This document shows, piece after piece, positions 58,826-64,000 of a stretch of DNA of 64,000 bases; within the stretch, counting starts at the first letter, position 1; each line of letters starts with the position of its first letter. The translations under genes were made by a program, and so were the position numbers. The notes beneath the pieces were generated by a model. The model saw nothing but the letters and a program-made list of their open reading frames with translations, was not told the DNA's origin and ran no database searches. Source of the stretch: Bacilli bacterium. GTDB taxonomy: Bacteria > Bacillota_I > Bacilli_A > RFN20 > CAG-826. The stretch is from the NCBI GenBank assembly GCA_017468925.1, contig JAFUHI010000009.1, forward strand, positions 360,820 to 424,819. The letters run 5' to 3'.

Positions 58826-59572
58826 TTATGATTCTAGATTCTTTTCGTCAATGCTTTCTTTGATATGCCAGAAAGCCGCATAGCCCACGAAAACGACACC
58901 AAAGGCGATGTTGACTAGGAAGAATTTATAATTCCATTCGCTTCCGCCTAACGCTAAATAGACATCTGTTTCAAGGAAATTGAATAAGAAGTGGAACAAC
59001 AACGCCAAAGGCAAGTCGTCTATCGTGGCAAAATACCCACAGATTAGCCCGATAAAGAAAGTGTATCCTATTTGGGCAAAAGTCGTGCCTATATCCATTC
59101 CTGAGAATAGATTGAATATATGGCAAATAGCAAATATTCCAGCACTTATCAAAATGCTTAGATGCTTATTGAATTTCATTCTTAACGAAGGAAGAAGAGA
59201 ATATCTGAAAACCGTTTCTTCGCATAACACCGTTAGCAATGTGATTAAACCGCTTTGATATAAAAGCGACATATTCCCACTTTGGTAGCGATCTGCAGGG
59301 AAAACAAGGTAAATAAATAGATTTGAGAAGCATAGAAGCAACGTTGGCCAAAGATATGGATGAATCTTTACGGATGGCTTATAAAGCGATTTGTCAAAGA
59401 ATTGAATCAGGATAACTGCAATCAAAACGGCGACCCTAAGCGAAGCGTCATAAATCCATTTATAAGCAGCATCCCCATACCAAGGTATTGAGACAACGCC
59501 TATATACAAAAGAATCAATATAAGCGATCCGAGAAATCTATATGTGAATGTTCTTTCTTTAGTATCTGCCAT
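58826..59572 (-). CDS. CPBP-family (CAAX/Abi) intramembrane protease
   Basis: EETVFR, FAICH, HFLFN motifs; multi-TM. Confidence 0.88.
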   Translation of the reverse strand: MADTKERTFTYRFLGSLILILLYIGVVSIPWYGDAAYKWIYDASLRVAVLIAVILIQFFDKSLYKPSVKIHPYLWPTLLLCFSNLFIYLVFPADRYQSGNMSLLYQSGLITLLTVLCEETVFRYSLLPSLRMKFNKHLSILISAGIFAICHIFNLFSGMDIGTTFAQIGYTFFIGLICGYFATIDDLPLALLFHFLFNFLETDVYLALGGSEWNYKFFLVNIAFGVVFVGYAAFWHIKESIDEKNLES

Positions 59573-59607
59573 ATGTAAAGTATAATCTAAAAGATTAAAA
59601 TATTGTT

Positions 59608-60378
59608 ATGTTTCCTTACGCGTTTGGCTGGCTAGACATGTATGCGGTGATGATTGGGATAGGCATTATCTCGTGTTTTGTATTTCTTGAGATATATTAT
59701 CGCAAGCAAAAAGTAAGAAAACTTCTAATATCTTATTTTGAGATTTTGGGCACGTTAGCGATTGGCTTGGGTTTACTTTTCGCGGTTCTTTTCCAAAATC
59801 TATATGATTTCATCGAAAACCCAGAGACTTATTCGTGGTCATGGTCAATGACTTTCTATGGTGGTCTTATCGGTGGGGTTGTTTTATTCCTGCTTGGCTA
59901 TTTCTTTGTGATAAGAAAGAAATTCGGTCCGCAGATGAGAAATCTTTTGACTATTGCGCCCGCTTGTATAACGATTGCTCATGCTTTTGGAAGAATTGGA
60001 TGCTTCCTTTCAGGATGCTGCTATGGAATAGAGACTGATTCTCCTTTGGGGGTGTTGTTCCCAGGCCATAATCACGCGGTGTTGCCAACCAATTTATTTG
60101 AAGCAGTTTTCTTATTTGTTTTATCTGGTACTTTATTTTTCTTATCGCTTAAGATTAATTTCAAATACAACATGGGTGTTTACCTGGTATCCTATGGAAT
60201 TTGGAGATTCATAATCGAATTCTTTAGGGATGACCATAGAGGCGAATTTATCCCAGGACTCTCCCCAAGCCAGTTTTGGAGCATCATCATGATTGTTGGG
60301 GGAATTGTTTTTTTCTTCATTTATCATTTTGTGGAAAAAAGAATTGTTAGCAAAAAAGAAGCTCAACAAGAAAATTAG
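59608..60378 (+). CDS. lgt: Prolipoprotein diacylglyceryl transferase family protein
   Basis: FYGGLIGG, AFGRIGCF..GCCYG, PT.LFE, YGIWRFIIEFFR. Confidence 0.88.
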   Translation: MFPYAFGWLDMYAVMIGIGIISCFVFLEIYYRKQKVRKLLISYFEILGTLAIGLGLLFAVLFQNLYDFIENPETYSWSWSMTFYGGLIGGVVLFLLGYFFVIRKKFGPQMRNLLTIAPACITIAHAFGRIGCFLSGCCYGIETDSPLGVLFPGHNHAVLPTNLFEAVFLFVLSGTLFFLSLKINFKYNMGVYLVSYGIWRFIIEFFRDDHRGEFIPGLSPSQFWSIIMIVGGIVFFFIYHFVEKRIVSKKEAQQEN

Positions 60379-60493
60379 ATATAAAATCCCCGCCAAAGCC
60401 CCTTCAATTTGTGTATAAGAGGTGAAAAGGAGGGATTTATTTAGTAGCAAAATCACTTTGTACGCATATATCATATGCACAAAATAGTCTTTT

Positions 60494-60524
60494 TTGACGC
60501 TTAAGCGTCAGAATTTGCTATAAT
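60494..60524 (+). promoter_or_regulatory. sigma70-type promoter with a 16-bp dyad and a 19-bp spacer
   Basis: TTGACG (60494-60499), perfect palindrome TGACGCTTAAGCGTCA (60495-60510), TGCTATAAT, ATG 6 nt later. Confidence 0.55.
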
Positions 60525-60530
60525 TTCTAT

Positions 60531-61202
60531 ATGGGCAATAAAATTCCTTCTTCCTGGGTTCATGATATCGAGGCTTTCGAGAAAGCATTCCGTTTGGGCG
60601 AAGTCATAAAAGACGAAGTTTTTGTGAATAATCTTTATTCTTCGATTAACCTATTGGAATTTTTAGCCGCCTCATATTCCTTTTGGGATATTAATGAAAG
60701 CTTCGCTCCTGTCTATTGCCAGAATTACCTCATAGTGCTAGGCAGCCTATATGAAGGCATCATCCAGGCTGCATTTAAAGAAAAAGAAAGAAGATGCCTT
60801 GCTATATGCAACGTTTGTTCCAGAGGAGGAGATTGTCCTTTTTATTGGGCTAAAGACGAAAAAGGCATCAAAGTCATAGGCAGCGAGCTTAGGTTCATCG
60901 ATCTAATTGAAAGAGCATCGTATCTAGGGATGTTAAAAGGGTTGAGCGAAGATGACGTTAATGGCATAAGAAAGATAAGGAACAACGTCCATTTGAATAG
61001 GCTAAATAGGCGTTTCCAAGACTTTGATACACTCAGCACCGAAACAATAAACGCCTATCAAGCAACGCTTAAAAAATTATTCTTCGCAGTCTATAAATGG
61101 CTTAAAAACAATGGCGACATCTGTCTATATGATGAGAACAAATCCTCACTTAAGAAAAGAAATATCGATATAGATTCGTTAGAGGATAGATTTGGGATGT
61201 AA
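60531..61202 (+). CDS. Hypothetical protein, HEPN-like
   Basis: GSLYEGI helix, IRKIRNNVH (RN..H) motif, Cys cluster CLAICNVC...CP. Confidence 0.55.
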   Translation: MGNKIPSSWVHDIEAFEKAFRLGEVIKDEVFVNNLYSSINLLEFLAASYSFWDINESFAPVYCQNYLIVLGSLYEGIIQAAFKEKERRCLAICNVCSRGGDCPFYWAKDEKGIKVIGSELRFIDLIERASYLGMLKGLSEDDVNGIRKIRNNVHLNRLNRRFQDFDTLSTETINAYQATLKKLFFAVYKWLKNNGDICLYDENKSSLKKRNIDIDSLEDRFGM

Positions 61203-61203
61203 T

Positions 61204-62619
61204 ATGGCGAAAGAGAAGAAGAAAATAAATTCCAAAATCAAATACGCCATATCAATTGGATTGGTGTTATTTCTCACGGTGTTTTCGCTTATTTTCTCCC
61301 TCTATGGTGCAGGTGAAGGAGACGTAGGGAAAGGATATCAAATCGTCAGCAGCTCCTTGGTTTCGGCCGATCCGATATATTTGCTTATAATATTTGGCTT
61401 GATTCTAGTTTCATATTTGATTGATGGCCTGATCATTCTTGTTTTTTGTCGTTTGTACACCAGACATTATAAATTCCATCAAGGGCTCGCCAATGCGATG
61501 ATAGGCGCTTTCTATAGCGCTGTCACCCCAGCATCAAGCGGAGGCCAAGTGATGCAAGCCTACACAATGAAAAAGCAAGGCGTAGAGGTTTCAAATGCCG
61601 CCTCAATCCTGGTCATGTGGTTTATTATTTATCAATCTAGCTTGGTGGCGTTCGACGTTGTCGCCGTTTTGTTTGAGTGGACCACGATTGGATCAATCAC
61701 CGCGTTTAAAATACCAGGGGTAGAGGTTGGCTCATGGGATGGAACAATCCCGATGTTACCAATGATTATAGTGGGATTTGCTTTGAATGTCGGGGTTATC
61801 TTGATTCTATTCTTAATGAGTTACAACTCCAAAGTTCATAACTTCATCATGCATTATGGCATTGATATATTGGCTAAATTAAAGATTCTTAAGAACCCGG
61901 ATAGAACTAGAGAGAATTTAAGAGTCCAGGTCGAGAACTTCAAAATTGAATTGCGAAGACTTCAATCGAATTTCCCTGTAACGATTTTGATTTTCTTGTT
62001 GTTTACAATCAACCTATTCATTAGATTCTCCCTTCCGTATTTTGCCGGTGCTGCTTTGAGCGATGCATATTATTATGAAGTTGGAAATGCCTATTTCGAT
62101 CCGGGATACAGGCCTTTATTCTATGTTCTTTTCGACGCCGCGTGTCGGAGCTCATTCCACCAAATGGTAACTGGTTTGCTTCCTTTGCCGGGTGGCGCGG
62201 GAGTCTCGGAATTATTCTTTGCTATTATGTTCAAGGATTTCTTTACGACCGCAGATATCGCTTCTACCCAGATTCTTTGGAGAACCGCCTCATTCCATAT
62301 TGTCGTTATGGCGTCTGGCTTGGTTGCTGCTCTATATCATTCTAGACCAAGAGAAGATTATAAATTCGCCAATAGAGAAACATACATCAATTTGCAGCTT
62401 GAAACATTTGATGAAAGAAAACGTTCCTCTGACACAATCTATGAAACAAGCATGCTTTCTAGAAAAGCATTGAGGGAACAATTGTTTGCGATTGGGTTTA
62501 AAAATAATGAATATCTTACGGGGGACGCCGAAGGATATCTAAAAGAGTTGAATAGAATCGGTGACAATAGAAAGCGTAGACCGATGATTAAGAAAACCAA
62601 GAAAGAGGAAAACAGATGA
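61204..62619 (+). CDS. Lysylphosphatidylglycerol-synthase TM-domain / UPF0104 flippase-like protein
   Basis: SAVTPASSGGQ, PLPGGAGVSE, LWR motifs. Confidence 0.82.
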   Translation: MAKEKKKINSKIKYAISIGLVLFLTVFSLIFSLYGAGEGDVGKGYQIVSSSLVSADPIYLLIIFGLILVSYLIDGLIILVFCRLYTRHYKFHQGLANAMIGAFYSAVTPASSGGQVMQAYTMKKQGVEVSNAASILVMWFIIYQSSLVAFDVVAVLFEWTTIGSITAFKIPGVEVGSWDGTIPMLPMIIVGFALNVGVILILFLMSYNSKVHNFIMHYGIDILAKLKILKNPDRTRENLRVQVENFKIELRRLQSNFPVTILIFLLFTINLFIRFSLPYFAGAALSDAYYYEVGNAYFDPGYRPLFYVLFDAACRSSFHQMVTGLLPLPGGAGVSELFFAIMFKDFFTTADIASTQILWRTASFHIVVMASGLVAALYHSRPREDYKFANRETYINLQLETFDERKRSSDTIYETSMLSRKALREQLFAIGFKNNEYLTGDAEGYLKELNRIGDNRKRRPMIKKTKKEENR

Positions 62620-63794
62620 GAATCGCAATCTTTTCTGATACATTCACCCCAGAAATCAATGGTGTAGCCACCTCGACTTATAACCTCTTTTTGACGTTAA
62701 GAGCCCACGGCGAAGAGGTTGTGGTGGTCACCACCAATCATTTCGATAATCAATTCAAATATGAAGATGGAGTGATGAGAATCCCTGGTATCACGATTCT
62801 TAAAAAAGCATACGGCTACAAATTAGCGGGCTTCTATAACGCCGAAGCTGCAAAGATATTGAAGGAATTTAAACCTGAAGTCATTCATATCCAAACGGAT
62901 GGAGGAATAGGTCAGTTTGGTTTCATCACCGCTTCAGCGCTTAAATGCGCATCGGTCTACACTTTCCACACAATGCTTGAGGATTATGCTTATTATGTGA
63001 CTAGAGGCGTGTTCTTAGAAAGGGTGAGCAGGGGCATATTGCGTGGCTATGTAAGATACAAATCAACCGAAGCCGATGAATTTATCACCCCATCGAAGAA
63101 GATTCAGGATTATATGCGCTCAATCGGAGTTGATTCGTATATAAATGTCATCCCTACAGGCATTAATTTCAAAGCGTTCGATAGAAACGATGTGGATCCA
63201 GCCAAAGTCAAAGAAATCAAAAAGAAATATGGAATAGAGGGGAAGAAGGTTTTGCTTTCCCTGGGAAGGGTCGCCAAAGAAAAATCCATCGATATTTGCA
63301 TTGAAGGGTACGCAAAATACCTTTCTACGGCAAAAGATGATAATTCCATTATGATGGTCGTAGGGGGAGGCCCGGCCATAGATGAATTAATCAAATTCAG
63401 CGAGAAACTTGGCATAAAGGACAAAGTGATTTTCACCGATAAAGTTCTGCCTAGTGAGGCGCCACTATATTATTCTTTGGGCGATGTATTCTGTTCCGCC
63501 TCGATCACCGAAACCCAAGGGCTTACATTCATGGAATCAATGGCCTCTTTCAACATCCTTTTCGCTAGATACGACGATAGTTTAACCAGCCTAATAAAAG
63601 ATGGGCAAAATGGATTTTTCTTCTTTGATTCTGATGATTTCGCCGCAAAACTCCCCTCTTTATTTGGTTTGAAGCCAGAAGAAAAAGAAAAAATATTATT
63701 GGAGGCGATGAAATCAATCGACCCTTATTCGCTCGATGTGTTTTATTCAAGTGTCATGGAGGTTTATAGACGTGCAATACGCAAAAAGTGGTAA
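62616..63794 (+). CDS. GT4 glycosyltransferase, probable 1,2-diacylglycerol glucosyltransferase
   Basis: FSDTFTPEINGVATS, TFHT, GRVAKEK, ETQGLTFMESMA; adjacent to the flippase-like gene. Confidence 0.88.
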   Translation: MRIAIFSDTFTPEINGVATSTYNLFLTLRAHGEEVVVVTTNHFDNQFKYEDGVMRIPGITILKKAYGYKLAGFYNAEAAKILKEFKPEVIHIQTDGGIGQFGFITASALKCASVYTFHTMLEDYAYYVTRGVFLERVSRGILRGYVRYKSTEADEFITPSKKIQDYMRSIGVDSYINVIPTGINFKAFDRNDVDPAKVKEIKKKYGIEGKKVLLSLGRVAKEKSIDICIEGYAKYLSTAKDDNSIMMVVGGGPAIDELIKFSEKLGIKDKVIFTDKVLPSEAPLYYSLGDVFCSASITETQGLTFMESMASFNILFARYDDSLTSLIKDGQNGFFFFDSDDFAAKLPSLFGLKPEEKEKILLEAMKSIDPYSLDVFYSSVMEVYRRAIRKKW

Positions 63795-63801
63795 TAAGCC
63801 C

Positions 63802-64000
63802 ATGACAATAATCGACATAAAAAGAAATAAGAAAAAGCAAATTGTGGTCTGCTTTACTGATGAAGAAATCGTTATGAGTGAGAATGTTTTCTCCTCGTTC
63901 TTGCTTTATAAAGGAAAAACTTTATCCCCAAAAGAAATAAAGAACATAAAGGAGACGAACGATAAAGAAAGTTTATATAACTACGCTTTGTCTTCACTCA
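63802..64000 (+). CDS. recX: RecX-family regulator, N-terminal part (runs off the window)
   Basis: MTIIDIKRNKK...LYKGKTLS..EI...LYNYALSSL resembles the Bacillota RecX N-terminus. Confidence 0.55.
   Translation, partial: MTIIDIKRNKKKQIVVCFTDEEIVMSENVFSSFLLYKGKTLSPKEIKNIKETNDKESLYNYALSSL

Noticed and set aside
60383-60440. AAATCCC...GGGATTT long-loop hairpin after lgt as a riboswitch or ncRNA
   Set aside because: No recognisable aptamer motifs; at most a weak terminator-like structure
2689-63750. Many short ORFs antisense to or nested in long genes (e.g. 2689-3141, 5986-6435, 42661-43236)
   Set aside because: They shadow well-supported genes and have no motifs or translation signals
1-64000. 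CRISPR array, rRNA, or long tandem DNA repeat
   Set aside because: No regularly spaced repeats, cas genes or rRNA-like sequence seen by eye

Overview
Low-GC bacterial chromosome segment using genetic code 11; gene content suggests an uncultured gut/rumen Bacilli-type Bacillota (inference). All product calls come from motifs read by eye, with no database searches. Layout: (1) 3' end of rarA, a 44-aa ORF and tRNA-Leu(TAG). (2) An AT-rich accessory island (~0.8-21.2 kb) with an HNH gene, IS-end debris and a 5'-truncated alditol-phosphate polysaccharide locus ending in an unusual Wzy/O-antigen-ligase + Ig-domain fusion. The island also holds a frameshifted IS1595 and a defence-like operon (dual-specificity phosphatase, RloC-like ABC ATPase, cryptic 5'-deleted retron-type reverse transcriptase), plus a GT2/PD-(D/E)xK cassette bracketed by two copies of a small SHOCT-like gene. 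(3) A large glycan-utilisation region (21.2-43.4 and 49.5-58.8 kb) with two sugar ABC systems, GH123-like, GH36, GH95, two unassigned TIM-barrel GHs, three Gfo/Idh/MocA enzymes, a ROK regulator and repeat-domain surface proteins. (4) A SipW/TasA-like fibre operon. (5) A CPBP protease and Lgt beside a protein with a Gly-Gly-Cys C-terminal sorting signal, a HEPN-like gene, glycolipid synthesis genes and the 5' end of recX. Best novelty candidates: the phosphatase-ATPase-retron RT module, a putative GGC-CTERM/CPBP/Lgt sorting system, and the Wzy-Ig fusion. No CRISPR array or rRNA was seen.
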